DNA of 51,745 bases from NCBI GenBank assembly GCA_028717245.1, contig JAQUOD010000006.1, forward strand, positions 1-51,745, read 5' to 3'. Numbering within the stretch: position 1 is the first letter of the stretch; each line of letters starts with the position of its first letter. A program made the translations under genes and the position numbers. The notes under the pieces are model-generated. The model saw only the letters and a list, made by a program, of their open reading frames with translations. It was not told the origin of the DNA and did not search any database. Shown here in pieces: positions 26,435 through 35,385 of the stretch. Source of the stretch: Candidatus Omnitrophota bacterium. Its GTDB lineage: Bacteria > Omnitrophota > Gorgyraeia > Gygaellales > Profunditerraquicolaceae.

Positions 26435-26476
26435 CCTCATGGGAATTTACACAAGATGAGTACGGGGGGATTGTGT

Positions 26477-26505
26477 TTGACTTTTGGGATAAAGAGTGTT
26501 ATGAT
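26477..26505 (+). promoter_or_regulatory. Sigma70-type promoter for gatCAB
   Basis: TTGACT (26477-26482), 17-nt spacer, TATGAT (26500-26505). Confidence 0.5.
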
Positions 26506-26531
26506 TAAAAGCTAATTGAGGAGAATTAATC

Positions 26532-26819
26532 ATGGGAATAACTAAAGATACGGTAAAATATGTGGCGCATTTGGCGCGTATCGACCTAAAACCAAAGGAG
26601 TTAGAAAAACTATCCCATCAGCTTCGGGATATCCTTAAGTTTATCGATAAACTTAAGGAAGCGGATGTAAAAGAGGTCCAACCGACCAGCCACATCTTAC
26701 CCCTTAAGAATGTCTTTAGGGAGGATGCCGCGCGTAAATCTTTATCCAGCGGCAAGGCCCTTGAAAATGCTCCCCGAAAAGAGGGCAATTTCTTCGGTGT
26801 GCCGAAGGTAATTGAATAA
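26532..26819 (+). CDS. gatC: Asp/Glu-tRNA amidotransferase subunit C
   Basis: 95 aa. VAHLARIDL..EL......L..IL.F...L and V.PTSH. Confidence 0.9.
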   Translation: MGITKDTVKYVAHLARIDLKPKELEKLSHQLRDILKFIDKLKEADVKEVQPTSHILPLKNVFREDAARKSLSSGKALENAPRKEGNFFGVPKVIE

Positions 26820-26856
26820 TTCAAGCTTTAAGTTTTAAGCTATAAGCGGTAAAAAA

Positions 26857-28317
26857 ATGGAAATTAATACGTTATCTGCGCATGAATTAATCGAGAAGCA
26901 AAATAAGAAAGAAATTACGCCCCAGGAGATACTTGATTCTTTAAGAAAAAGGACGAAAGAAGTAGATTCTAAAGTTAAAGCCTATGTGAGACTTTCGGAT
27001 TCTAATTCCTTAAACTTACAGCTTACAGCTTACAGCTTACAGCTTCCTTTAAAAGGTATTCCCGTTTCGATAAAAGACAACATCTGCACCGAAGGTTATC
27101 ATACCGAATGCTGCTCTAAAATTCTGGAAGGTTTTAAGCCGCCTTATGACGCTACGGTAATCCGTAAATTAAAAGAAGCAGGCGCTTCAATTTTTAGCCT
27201 TAAGACCAATATGGATGAGTTTGCCTTCGGCTCATCTACGGAGAACTCCTGTTTTGGGCCCACGCATAATCCCTGGAATTTAGAGTGTGTCCCCGGCGGC
27301 TCTTCCGGAGGTTCTGCTGCCAGCGTAGCTGCAGATGAAGCTATTTTTGCCTTAGGCTCGGATACCGGCGGTTCCATCCGCCAGCCTGCGGCATTTTGCG
27401 GCGTAGTCGGGCTTAAGCCTACGTACGGAAGGGTCTCCCGTTATGGTTTAATTGCCTTTGCCTCGAGTTTAGACCAGATCGGGCCCCTCGCTAAAGATGT
27501 GCGGGACTGCGCCCTGGCGATGAATATTATTTCGGGCTATGATCCGAACGATTCTACTTCCGTAAATATTGAAACGCCGGATTATGCCAGGGCATTGGTT
27601 AATGATATTAAAGGCATTAAGGTAGGCATACCTAAAGAGTATTTTATCGAGGGTATGGATAAAGAAGTCAGGGTAATAGTAGAAGAAGCCATAGATAAAT
27701 TGAAAGATTTAGGCGCCAGTTATAAACCGGTTTCTCTGCCGAACGCTGATTACGCCGTGCCGGTTTATTATATTATTGCTACCGCAGAAGCCAGCTCTAA
27801 CTTGGCCAGGTTTGACGGCGTGCAGTATGGTTTTAGGACCAACGACCAACGACCAACGACCAACGACCAATTGATCAATATGTATAAGAAGACACGCGGC
27901 GAAGGTTTTGGCGAAGAGGCGAAGAGAAGGGTTATTTTAGGGACCTTTGTTTTATCCCACGGTTATTACGACGCTTATTATCTCGGGGCATTGAAGGTGC
28001 GGACCCTGATAAAGCAGGATTTTGATGCGGTGTTTCAGGATTTTGATTGTATTGTTACGCCTACTTCTCCTACGCCGGCATTTAAAATCGGGGAAAAGAT
28101 AGAGGACCCTTTAAAAATGTATCTTTCGGATATCTATACTATTTCCGCAAACCTGGCAGGTATCCCCGCGATATCTGTCCCTTGTGGATTTACTAAAAAG
28201 GGATTACCGGTGGGCTTGCAGATTCTAGCTAAGCCTTTTAACGAAGAAATGCTCTTTAGGGTAGCTTATGCCTATGAGCAGAATACGCCCTGGCATAGAA
28301 TGAAACCTAAAATTTAA
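26857..28317 (+). CDS. gatA: Asp/Glu-tRNA amidotransferase subunit A
   Basis: Amidase signature [13 protein letters not shown] and [31 protein letters not shown]. Contains two in-frame heptamer arrays. Confidence 0.95.
   Translation: MEINTLSAHELIEKQNKKEITPQEILDSLRKRTKEVDSKVKAYVRLSDSNSLNLQLTAYSLQLPLKGIPVSIKDNICTEGYHTECCSKILEGFKPPYDATVIRKLKEAGASIFSLKTNMDEFAFGSSTENSCFGPTHNPWNLECVPGGSSGGSAASVAADEAIFALGSDTGGSIRQPAAFCGVVGLKPTYGRVSRYGLIAFASSLDQIGPLAKDVRDCALAMNIISGYDPNDSTSVNIETPDYARALVNDIKGIKVGIPKEYFIEGMDKEVRVIVEEAIDKLKDLGASYKPVSLPNADYAVPVYYIIATAEASSNLARFDGVQYGFRTNDQRPTTNDQLINMYKKTRGEGFGEEAKRRVILGTFVLSHGYYDAYYLGALKVRTLIKQDFDAVFQDFDCIVTPTSPTPAFKIGEKIEDPLKMYLSDIYTISANLAGIPAISVPCGFTKKGLPVGLQILAKPFNEEMLFRVAYAYEQNTPWHRMKPKI
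27015..27045 (+). repeat. CTTACAG heptamer x4 inside gatA
   Basis: Four perfect copies (27015-27042) plus a partial one; encodes [10 protein letters not shown]. The reverse-complement word CTGTAAG is arrayed in the intergenic spacer at 34939-34962. Confidence 0.9.
27839..27870 (+). repeat. CCAACGA heptamer x4 inside gatA
   Basis: Four perfect copies (27839-27866) plus a partial one; encodes [12 protein letters not shown] related intergenic array lies at 33912-33946. Confidence 0.9.
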
Positions 28318-28398
28318 TTTTGTTTAAATGTTCGAAAGTTAAAAAGTTTAAATGTTATAGATAACATTCTAACATTAAAACATTCTAACATTAAAACA
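28318..28398. repeat. AATGTT / AACATT word palindrome (gatA-gatB)
   Basis: TTTTGTTTAAATGTTCGAAAGTTAAAAAGTTTAAATGTTAT-AG-ATAACATTCTAACATTAAAACATTCTAACATTAAAAC. Confidence 0.8.
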
Positions 28399-28405
28399 AC
28401 AAGAC

Positions 28406-29836
28406 ATGTATGAAACAATAATTGGTTTAGAAGTTCATGTGCATTTAAAAACGCAGACTAAGGCATTCTGCGGTTGTTCTACCGAATTCGGCCAGGAGCC
28501 GAATTCCCAGACTTGTCCGGTGTGCTTAGGGTTTCCGGGGTCTCTTCCTGTCTTAAATAAAGTAGCTTTTGATTACGCTATCAAAGTCGCCCTGGCCTTG
28601 AACTGCCGGGTGCAGGAATATACAAAGTTTGACCGGAAGAATTATTTTTATCCGGATTTGCCTAAGAATTATCAGATTTCTCAATACGATTTGCCTATTG
28701 CCAAAGACGGGTTCCTGGATATAGATTTGGAAGGCAAAACTAAACATATCAAGATCCGCCGAGCGCATTTAGAAGAGGATGCGGGGAAGCTTATCCACCA
28801 GCAAGAGGAGAGCCTCGTAGATTTTAACCGTTCCGGCATGCCCCTTTTAGAAATAGTCACTGAGCCGGATATAAATTCTCCTGATGAGGCCTATGCATAC
28901 CTGACCAAACTAAAAAGTATCATTGAGTATCTGGGGGTTTCTGATTGCGATATGGAGAAAGGGTCCTTACGCTGTGATGCCAATGTCTCTATAAGAAAAA
29001 AAGGCGCCAAGGAGCTGGGCGTAAAAACAGAAGTAAAGAATATGAATTCCTTTAAAGGCGTAAAAGAAGCCCTGGGTTTTGAGATAGAGCGCCAGATAGG
29101 ATTATTAAATAAAGGCAGGGCCATTATCCAGGAGACGCGGCTCTGGGATGCTAAGGAATTAAAGACATCTTCTATGCGCGCAAAAGAAGAGGCGCAGGAT
29201 TACCGTTATTTTCCTGAGCCGGACCTCACCACCTTTGTGATTACGCAGGAGAAAATCGAAGAACTAAGAGAGTCAATACCCGAGTTACCGCAGGAAAAAC
29301 TGCTGCGTTTTATAAAAGATTACGGGTTATCGGAATATGACGCCGGGATTTTAGTCGCCTCCCGGCAGGGCGCGGATTATGCCGAAGAGTGCTTTAAAAA
29401 GTATCCAGGTAAAGATAAGAAACCCATAGCCAACTGGCTGATTGGGCCTTTACTTAGAGAGGCGAACACCCGCAATTGCGCCCTGGTAGATTTAAAGGTG
29501 AGCCCGGAATATTTAACGGAATTGGTTAATTTTTTAGAGAACGGTCAGATTTCAAACCTCACGGCAAAATCGGTTTTGACAGAAATGGTTGAAACGAAGA
29601 AATCGCCGGCAGCCATAATCCAGGAAAAGAACCTGGTGCAGATTTCCGACTCCGCCGGCTTGAATGACGCGGTAGAAGAGGCGATTAAGGAAAATGCCAA
29701 ATCCGTGAATGATTATAAACAGGGTAAAAGTAATGCCCTGATGTTTTTGGTCGGCCAGGTCATGCGTAAGACCAAGAGCAGGGCAAACCCGCAGGTGGTC
29801 CAGGAGATATTAAAGGGGAGGCTTGATCATGCGTAA
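28406..29836 (+). CDS. gatB: Asp/Glu-tRNA amidotransferase subunit B
   Basis: YETIIGLEVHVHL, KNYFYPDLPKNYQISQ, RAHLEEDAGK and the C-terminal YqeY/GatB domain. Confidence 0.95.
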   Translation: MYETIIGLEVHVHLKTQTKAFCGCSTEFGQEPNSQTCPVCLGFPGSLPVLNKVAFDYAIKVALALNCRVQEYTKFDRKNYFYPDLPKNYQISQYDLPIAKDGFLDIDLEGKTKHIKIRRAHLEEDAGKLIHQQEESLVDFNRSGMPLLEIVTEPDINSPDEAYAYLTKLKSIIEYLGVSDCDMEKGSLRCDANVSIRKKGAKELGVKTEVKNMNSFKGVKEALGFEIERQIGLLNKGRAIIQETRLWDAKELKTSSMRAKEEAQDYRYFPEPDLTTFVITQEKIEELRESIPELPQEKLLRFIKDYGLSEYDAGILVASRQGADYAEECFKKYPGKDKKPIANWLIGPLLREANTRNCALVDLKVSPEYLTELVNFLENGQISNLTAKSVLTEMVETKKSPAAIIQEKNLVQISDSAGLNDAVEEAIKENAKSVNDYKQGKSNALMFLVGQVMRKTKSRANPQVVQEILKGRLDHA

Positions 29837-31085
29837 AAAACTTATTTTCGTTTTCGCCATAGTATTAGTAGTTTCTGTTTCTACTTCATTGGCGATTTCA
29901 GCCATAGATAAAAATAAAAAGAATGAACTCTTCCGCGAGGTACAACTTTTCTCAGACACCTTAGCCATTATAGAGACGGATTATGTAGATGAGACAAAAC
30001 CCAAAGATTTGATTTACGGTGCGCTCAAAGGCATGCTTTCATCTTTAGACCCGCACAGCCAGTTTATGGATCCCGATACCTACAATGAACTCAAAGTTGA
30101 TACAGAAGGAAAATTCGGCGGACTGGGGATTGAGATTACCATTAAGGACAGCCTTTTGACTGTGGTTACACCCATAGAAGATACCCCGGCCTGGAAGGCA
30201 GGCATCAAAGCCAATGACCGGATCGTAAAAATAAATAATGAATTAACGCGGGATATGAGCCTTACTGATGCCGTAAAAAAAATGCGGGGTAGGCCGGGTG
30301 AGGCAGTAAATATCACGGTCTTAAGGGAATCCGAAAACAAGCTTTTAGAATTCAAGATTGTGCGTGATATCATCAAGGTTAAGGACGTCAAAGAAGCGCG
30401 GATATTAGAAGACGGTATCGGTTATATCCGCCTGATTGAATTCAGGGAGAACACGCCCCAGGATATCAACGCAGCATTACAGAATTTATCCAGGGCAGGA
30501 ATGAGCGCCATCATCCTGGATTTACGCAATAACCCCGGAGGATTATTGGATGTGGCAGTAAGGGTAGCGGAAAGATTTATAGAAAAAGGGAAGATGGTGG
30601 TTTATACCAAGGGCAGGCTTAGCTCCCAGAATTTAGAATTTATTTCTTCTGCGGGGCAGCCTCTGGTTAACCTGCCCATGGTGGTTTTAATCAATGAGGG
30701 CTCGGCTTCCGGCAGCGAGATAGTCGCCGGGTGCCTGCAGGATTATAAACGCGCCATCGTCGTAGGCGTAAAGTCATTCGGCAAGGGTTCGGTGCAGACG
30801 GTTATCCCTTTAAGCGACGGTTCGGCCATCCGTTTGACCACGAGCAAATATTTTACGCCTTTGGGTAAGGAGATCCACGGAAAAGGCGTGATCCCGGATG
30901 TAGTCGTGGAAGAAGGCAAGATAGAGATTACGCAGAAGGCACAGGACATATTTGAAAAATTAGATAAGGACGAAAAGGCAAATGTAAACAAGGAAAATAA
31001 ACCCTTAGATTATAAATCCGATAACCAGTTGATGCGGGCAGTGGATATTTTAAAGGCAATCAAGATATATAAAGGGGTTAAATAA
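29829..31085 (+). CDS. ctp: Carboxy-terminal processing protease (S41)
   Basis: Signal anchor, PDZ domain (GGLGIEI..), LDLRNNPGG, GSASGSEIVAG and SFGKGSVQ. ATG 29829 preferred over TTG 29823. Confidence 0.9.
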   Translation: MRKKLIFVFAIVLVVSVSTSLAISAIDKNKKNELFREVQLFSDTLAIIETDYVDETKPKDLIYGALKGMLSSLDPHSQFMDPDTYNELKVDTEGKFGGLGIEITIKDSLLTVVTPIEDTPAWKAGIKANDRIVKINNELTRDMSLTDAVKKMRGRPGEAVNITVLRESENKLLEFKIVRDIIKVKDVKEARILEDGIGYIRLIEFRENTPQDINAALQNLSRAGMSAIILDLRNNPGGLLDVAVRVAERFIEKGKMVVYTKGRLSSQNLEFISSAGQPLVNLPMVVLINEGSASGSEIVAGCLQDYKRAIVVGVKSFGKGSVQTVIPLSDGSAIRLTTSKYFTPLGKEIHGKGVIPDVVVEEGKIEITQKAQDIFEKLDKDEKANVNKENKPLDYKSDNQLMRAVDILKAIKIYKGVK

Positions 31086-31121
31086 TGTTTGAATGTTTTA
31101 ATGTTGTAATGTTTCAATGTT
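31086..31121 (+). repeat. NNAATGTT octamer array (ctp-yibQ-like)
   Basis: TGTTTGAATGTTTTAATGTTGTAATGTTTCAATGTT. It fills the whole spacer from the stop codon to the ATG. Confidence 0.8.
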
Positions 31122-31907
31122 ATGAAAAAATGGCAAGGGTATAAAATAGCAGTTTTAATTTTAGCGGCCGTAGTAATAATAGAAACCGCGTTGGTTATTT
31201 ATCTATGGCTCGGCCGGCCCAGAAAAATAGCCAAGAAGCCCCTTAGGGTTGAGGGAAAGATAGCCATCGTCATCGACGACTGGGGGTATAATTTAAATAA
31301 CCTCTATATTTTAGACCAGATAAAGTATCCCCTGACTATGTCTATACTGCCGGATTTAGCTTATTCCCGGACCATTGCCGCAATGCTGAATAAGCGCGGC
31401 ATAGAAGTAATCCTGCATCTGCCGATGGAGCCGCGCGAAAAAATAAGGCTGGAAAAAGATACTATCCTGACCACTATGGATGGGCCGGCTATAAGGGGAA
31501 TCATCAACCGGGATTTAGACGATATATATTATGCTAAGGGCGTTTCTAACCACATGGGTTCTAAGGCTACCGAGGATTCAAGGACAATGACTATCGTCTT
31601 TGAAGAATTAAAGAAAAGAAACCTTTTTTTTCTGGATAGTTTTGTATCCCCTAAGACCGTCTGCTTTCCTTTGGCCCGTAAGATGCGCATTGGTTTTGCC
31701 AGGAGAGATGTGTTTTTAGATAATAAGGAAGAACCCGGATACATAAAACAGCAGATTTATAAATTAAAGGCAAGGGCAAAGGCTTACGGTGAGGCCATAG
31801 GTATCGGGCATGACCGGCAGGTTACACTGGAGGTTTTAAAGGAAGTAATGCCGGAATTAGAAAAACAAGGGTATAAGTTCGTTTTCCTTTCGGAGTTAAT
31901 AAAATAA
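31122..31907 (+). CDS. Divergent polysaccharide deacetylase family protein (YibQ/DUF610-like)
   Basis: N-terminal TM helix, IAIVIDDWGYN, LTMSILP, HLPMEP and NHMGSK. Confidence 0.75.
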   Translation: MKKWQGYKIAVLILAAVVIIETALVIYLWLGRPRKIAKKPLRVEGKIAIVIDDWGYNLNNLYILDQIKYPLTMSILPDLAYSRTIAAMLNKRGIEVILHLPMEPREKIRLEKDTILTTMDGPAIRGIINRDLDDIYYAKGVSNHMGSKATEDSRTMTIVFEELKKRNLFFLDSFVSPKTVCFPLARKMRIGFARRDVFLDNKEEPGYIKQQIYKLKARAKAYGEAIGIGHDRQVTLEVLKEVMPELEKQGYKFVFLSELIK

Positions 31908-32905
31908 TGTATGTTTTAGGCATAGAAACTTCCTGCGATGAGACCGCTGCCTCCATAGTAAAAGACGGTGAGGAGGTCCTTTCTAACGTAGTGAGCTCAA
32001 GCCTTAATGAACACAAGAAATACGGGGGGATTATCCCGGAGGTAGCTTTCCGTCAACAATTGGAAACTATTAGCGAGGTTACGGATTCTGCCCTGAAAAA
32101 AGCAGGGTTGGGATTAAGGAAAATAAATCTATTGAGCGTAACATCCGGGCCGGGCCTTACAGGTTCTCTGCTGGTAGGTTTATCTTTTGCTAAAGCCGTT
32201 AATTTAAGTTCCGGCATACCTTTATTAGGAATTAACCACCTCTATGCCCACATCTATGCCAGTTTTTTAAATCATTCGGGGCCGAAATTGCCTTTTGTAG
32301 CTTTAGTTATTTCCGGAGGGCATACGAGTTTATTCTACGTGCAGGATTTCGATAAAATAAAAACTTTAGGCGCTACCTCTGATGATGCCTGCGGCGAGGC
32401 ATTTGATAAGGTGGCCAAGATTTTAAGCCTGGGTTATCCCGGAGGGCCGGTGATTGAACGCATAGCCAGGTCAGGCAATCCGCAGAAAATAAAATTCAGC
32501 TGCTCTAATACCGAAAAACCCCTGGATTTTAGTTTTAGCGGCATAAAGACGGCAGTGTTGTATTATGTTCGCCGGTTGGCCGGTTGGCCGGTTCGCCGGT
32601 TACAGAATAGGCAAACAGAAGATATAGCCGCATCCTTTCAGGAAGCAGTAATCGATGCGTTAATTAGAAAATCTTTTTTAGCCTGTAAGTTAAAAAAGAT
32701 AAACCGGCTTGTAATCGGCGGCGGCGTAGCGGCAAATAACAGGTTAAGGCAGAGTTTTTATCGGGAGGCAGAGAAAGGGAACCTGGAGATTTATTTTCCT
32801 CCTAAAGAATTTTGTCTGGATAATGCCGCAATGGTCGCTGGCTTAGGATACCAGTTGTTCAAGAAAGGGCACAGGGCAGGTTTAGAGTTGAACCTGTCGC
32901 ATTAA
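31907..32905 (+). CDS. tsaD: tRNA N6-adenosine threonylcarbamoyltransferase TsaD
   Basis: VLGIETSCDETAASIV, HLYAHIY, SGGHT, DDACGEAFDKVAK and GYPGGP. Confidence 0.95.
   Translation: MYVLGIETSCDETAASIVKDGEEVLSNVVSSSLNEHKKYGGIIPEVAFRQQLETISEVTDSALKKAGLGLRKINLLSVTSGPGLTGSLLVGLSFAKAVNLSSGIPLLGINHLYAHIYASFLNHSGPKLPFVALVISGGHTSLFYVQDFDKIKTLGATSDDACGEAFDKVAKILSLGYPGGPVIERIARSGNPQKIKFSCSNTEKPLDFSFSGIKTAVLYYVRRLAGWPVRRLQNRQTEDIAASFQEAVIDALIRKSFLACKLKKINRLVIGGGVAANNRLRQSFYREAEKGNLEIYFPPKEFCLDNAAMVAGLGYQLFKKGHRAGLELNLSH
32571..32602 (+). repeat. GCCGGTTN octamer x4 inside tsaD
   Basis: GCCGGTTG GCCGGTTG GCCGGTTC GCCGGTTA; encodes RRLAGWPVRRL in a variable loop. Confidence 0.9.
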
Positions 32906-32939
32906 AGCCTGTCTACTAAGCAGGCAGGGAGGTAGGAGG

Positions 32940-33386
32940 ATGGTAAGTAACATGCAGGTGGTTATACGTTTAGTTTTATCGGTCATATTGGGCGGTTTTA
33001 TCGGGTTGGAACGCCAGATGCACCGCCGCAACGCAGGGTTACGCACGCACATCCTGGTGAGCCTGGGTTCCTGCCTTATCATGTTGACATCAATATACAT
33101 TTTTGCTATATATAAAAATGAGGCCCCGGTTGATCCGGCGCGTATTGCCGCAGGAGTAATCACCGGTATAGGTTTTCTGGGTGCCGGGACTATTATCAGG
33201 GACAGGGCCGGGGTGAAGGGACTGACTACGGCAGCCAGCCTTTGGGTAGTTGCGGGTATTGGTTTGAGCACGGGCTGCGGTTTATACAGCGCAGCTGTTG
33301 TCACTACCCTGCTGGCATTGATGACGCTTTTCTTTTTAAGGCATATAGAAGATATGATGTTTGGTAAAGAAGAACATGTACAATAG
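32940..33386 (+). CDS. mgtC: MgtC/SapB family membrane protein
   Basis: LGGFIGLERQ.H.R.AGLRTH and GVITGIGFLGAGTI. Confidence 0.85.
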   Translation: MVSNMQVVIRLVLSVILGGFIGLERQMHRRNAGLRTHILVSLGSCLIMLTSIYIFAIYKNEAPVDPARIAAGVITGIGFLGAGTIIRDRAGVKGLTTAASLWVVAGIGLSTGCGLYSAAVVTTLLALMTLFFLRHIEDMMFGKEEHVQ

Positions 33387-33407
33387 GGAGAAAGGGGGTG
33401 GCAAACC

Positions 33408-33911
33408 ATGGCTTTTAAAAAGAAATTAGAAGAAAAGGTCCTGGATGTGGATGTAGCTATGCAGGGCAACCTGGTTTTTAAAGACCCCGTAAACCTTCGC
33501 ATCAACGGTAAATTCGAAGGGATTTTGGAAACAAGAGGCAACCTCACTATCGCCGCTACTGCCGTGGTGGCTGCGGATATTATGGGCGATAATATTATTA
33601 TTGACGGCAAGGTCAGAGGAAAAATAGTGGCCAAGGAGCGGCTGACGCTTTTGCCTTCAGCGGTTGTCGAGGGAGAGATATATCCGGCAAAACTGAATGT
33701 GGCCGAAGGCGCGATACTGGAAGGCAGGTGTTCCATGCTCCGTGATTTTATGAGCGCCGACGAATTAGCGCATTACCTGGAAGTGGATTTAAATTCAGTC
33801 ATGGAATGGGCCAATTCCGGCAAGATACCGGGGTTGAAAGAAGGGGATAAGTGGAGGTTTGAAAGAAAGACCATTGATTCCTGGGTAGCCGCAGGCAAAG
33901 TCGGCAAATAA
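33408..33911 (+). CDS. Bactofilin domain fused to a C-terminal excisionase-type HTH
   Basis: Beta-helical bactofilin repeats (G.F.G.L...G.L.I...A.V.A.I....I.I.G.V.G.I) followed by MSADELAHYLEVDLNSVMEWANSGKIPGLKEGDKWRFERKTIDSWV. Confidence 0.7.
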   Translation: MAFKKKLEEKVLDVDVAMQGNLVFKDPVNLRINGKFEGILETRGNLTIAATAVVAADIMGDNIIIDGKVRGKIVAKERLTLLPSAVVEGEIYPAKLNVAEGAILEGRCSMLRDFMSADELAHYLEVDLNSVMEWANSGKIPGLKEGDKWRFERKTIDSWVAAGKVGK

Positions 33912-33946
33912 CTAACGACTAATAACCAACGACCAATAACTAATTC
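33912..33946 (+). repeat. AACGAC/CCAA word array (intergenic cognate of the gatA CCAACGA array)
   Basis: CTAACGACTAATAACCAACGACCAATAACTAATTC. Confidence 0.6.
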
Positions 33947-34258
33947 ATGGCAGAAATAAAACTTTTAACCATAAGGGATGCCTCTCTGATTTTAGGCGTT
34001 TCCGAAAGAGAGGTTATGGACCTGGTAGAAAACGGCAAGCTCATTGCTTATAAGGTCGGCGGCGTATATTTAAGGTTTAAGCGCGAGCATATAGATGAGT
34101 TTAAGAAATCCCTGAAAAGGCAGTTCCCCGATAAAATTAATACCCCGCATAAATATCCGTTTAGAGATAGGTTGGGCGATTTATTGTATTTTTATGATTT
34201 CTATATATTATCTATTCTGGTTATACTGTTGATTCTCATTATTATATTCCGGTGGTAG
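33947..34258 (+). CDS. Excisionase-type HTH protein with a C-terminal TM helix
   Basis: LLTIRDASLILGVSEREVMDLVENGKLIAYKVGGVYLRFKREHIDEF followed by YFYDFYILSILVILLILIIIF. Confidence 0.65.
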   Translation: MAEIKLLTIRDASLILGVSEREVMDLVENGKLIAYKVGGVYLRFKREHIDEFKKSLKRQFPDKINTPHKYPFRDRLGDLLYFYDFYILSILVILLILIIIFRW

Positions 34259-34269
34259 GCCCCCAATAT

Positions 34270-34938
34270 ATGCGTTATAAAAATGAAGCTTGTAGCCTTA
34301 GGTTTGCGCATCTGGATATGGAGAGGAAAACGCGCAGGGGCTATTCGGAAGTAATCTATTGCCCGGGTAAGACAAAAGAGCAGCTTAAAAAGATTGCCCG
34401 GGAATTAATCAAAGGCAAACAGGACCTGCTCTTGACCAGGTTAGAGAAGGGGATTTTTAGTTATCTTAAGAAATCGCTCCCGGGGTTAAAATATAATGCC
34501 TTGGCCAAAATAGGTTATCTGTTAAAGAAGCAGAAGGCGCCTAAAAAAGGTTTAGTGGCGGTAGTCTCCGCGGGCACCTCGGATATACCCGTGGCTGAAG
34601 AGGCAGTGGTTACTTTAGAGGCAATGGGTAACCGCGTGGTCAAGCTCTATGACGTGGGTGTAGCCGGCGTACACCGCATTATGGGCAATATGGGCGTTTT
34701 AAGAAAGGCAAAGGTGATTATCGTAGTCGCGGGTATGGAGGGGGCATTGGCAAGTTTAGTCAGCGGCCTGGTAAGCTCTCCGGTAATTGCCGTGCCCACC
34801 AGCTGCGGCTATGGCGCGAATTTCGGCGGGCTGTCGGCATTATTAACTATGTTGAATAGTTGCTCTGCGGGCGTATCAGTGGTCAACATTGACAATGGTT
34901 TCGGAGCCGGGTATTTCGCCGGCCTGATTAATAAATAA
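34270..34938 (+). CDS. larB: Nickel-pincer cofactor biosynthesis protein LarB (PurE-like)
   Basis: VAVVSAGTSDIPVAEEA, VIIVVAGMEGALASLVSGLV..PVIAVPTS.GYG and GLSALLTMLNSC. ATG 34270 preferred over GTG 34252. Confidence 0.8.
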   Translation: MRYKNEACSLRFAHLDMERKTRRGYSEVIYCPGKTKEQLKKIARELIKGKQDLLLTRLEKGIFSYLKKSLPGLKYNALAKIGYLLKKQKAPKKGLVAVVSAGTSDIPVAEEAVVTLEAMGNRVVKLYDVGVAGVHRIMGNMGVLRKAKVIIVVAGMEGALASLVSGLVSSPVIAVPTSCGYGANFGGLSALLTMLNSCSAGVSVVNIDNGFGAGYFAGLINK

Positions 34939-34962
34939 GCTGTAAGCCGTAAGCTGTAAGCT
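34939..34962 (+). repeat. CTGTAAG heptamer array (larB-fmdE spacer)
   Basis: GCTGTAAGCCGTAAGCTGTAAGCT, the reverse complement of the CTTACAG word in gatA. Confidence 0.8.
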
Positions 34963-35385
34963 ATGGACAAAAATAGGGTAACATTAAAAGAGGCAGTAAA
35001 GTTTCACGGGCACCTGGGTCCATATTTAGTATTGGGAATTTTAGCAGGGGAATTAGCATTAAAAAAATTGAGATGTAAAAAGTATTTTGGTTTGAATGTT
35101 AGAATTTGGCAAGCGCATGAGAAGCCAAAATCTTGCCTTATAGATGGCTTACAGTTGTCCACAGGAGCAACCTATGGTAAGGGAAATATAAATAAATTAA
35201 ATGGCTCTAAAATGAAGATTGAATTCCAAAATCAGATAAATCAAAAAAAAATTACACTAACATTTAATAATCAGCTTATTAAGAAATTAAATGAAGCAAA
35301 GACTCATAAAGATTCAGAATTATTAGCAAAAGAATTATATAAAATAGGCTATTCTAAACTTTTTAACTTAAAGCTTATAACTTAA
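34963..35385 (+). CDS. FmdE-family domain protein (small, no zinc ribbon)
   Basis: FHGHLGPYLVLGILAG resembles the FHGHxCPG.. motif of the FmdE/FwdE family. The gene is visibly more AT-rich than its neighbours. Confidence 0.6.
   Translation: MDKNRVTLKEAVKFHGHLGPYLVLGILAGELALKKLRCKKYFGLNVRIWQAHEKPKSCLIDGLQLSTGATYGKGNINKLNGSKMKIEFQNQINQKKITLTFNNQLIKKLNEAKTHKDSELLAKELYKIGYSKLFNLKLIT

Noticed and set aside
26142-26436. T-box leader, 6S RNA or SRP RNA as the identity of the structured module
   Set aside because: T-box: GGGTGACGCGGGGG only loosely resembles the T-box motif, the gatC promoter lies downstream of the element, and copy A faces away from any gene. SRP: no GGAA-loop domain IV motif. 6S: the element is branched rather than a single rod, and it is present twice with satellite hairpins. 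None can be formally excluded without a covariance-model search.
5023-26436. The 21-kb segment between the two inverted modules as a mobile island or prophage
   Set aside because: The content is core housekeeping (tRNAs, rnpB, ruvCA, aromatic amino-acid biosynthesis, lepA/lepB, plsY). There is no integrase, transposase or phage gene. Recombination between the inverted copies could still invert the segment.
11958-31121. The word arrays as CRISPR arrays
   Set aside because: The period is only 7-9 nt with no unique spacers. The arrays are 30-100 nt long and no cas genes are present.
32882-33736. 284-aa minus-strand ORF
   Set aside because: It is antisense to two well-supported genes (mgtC and the bactofilin-HTH gene). 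Its composition is low-complexity Ser/Thr/Pro/Ala-rich, typical of antisense frames, and it has no RBS.
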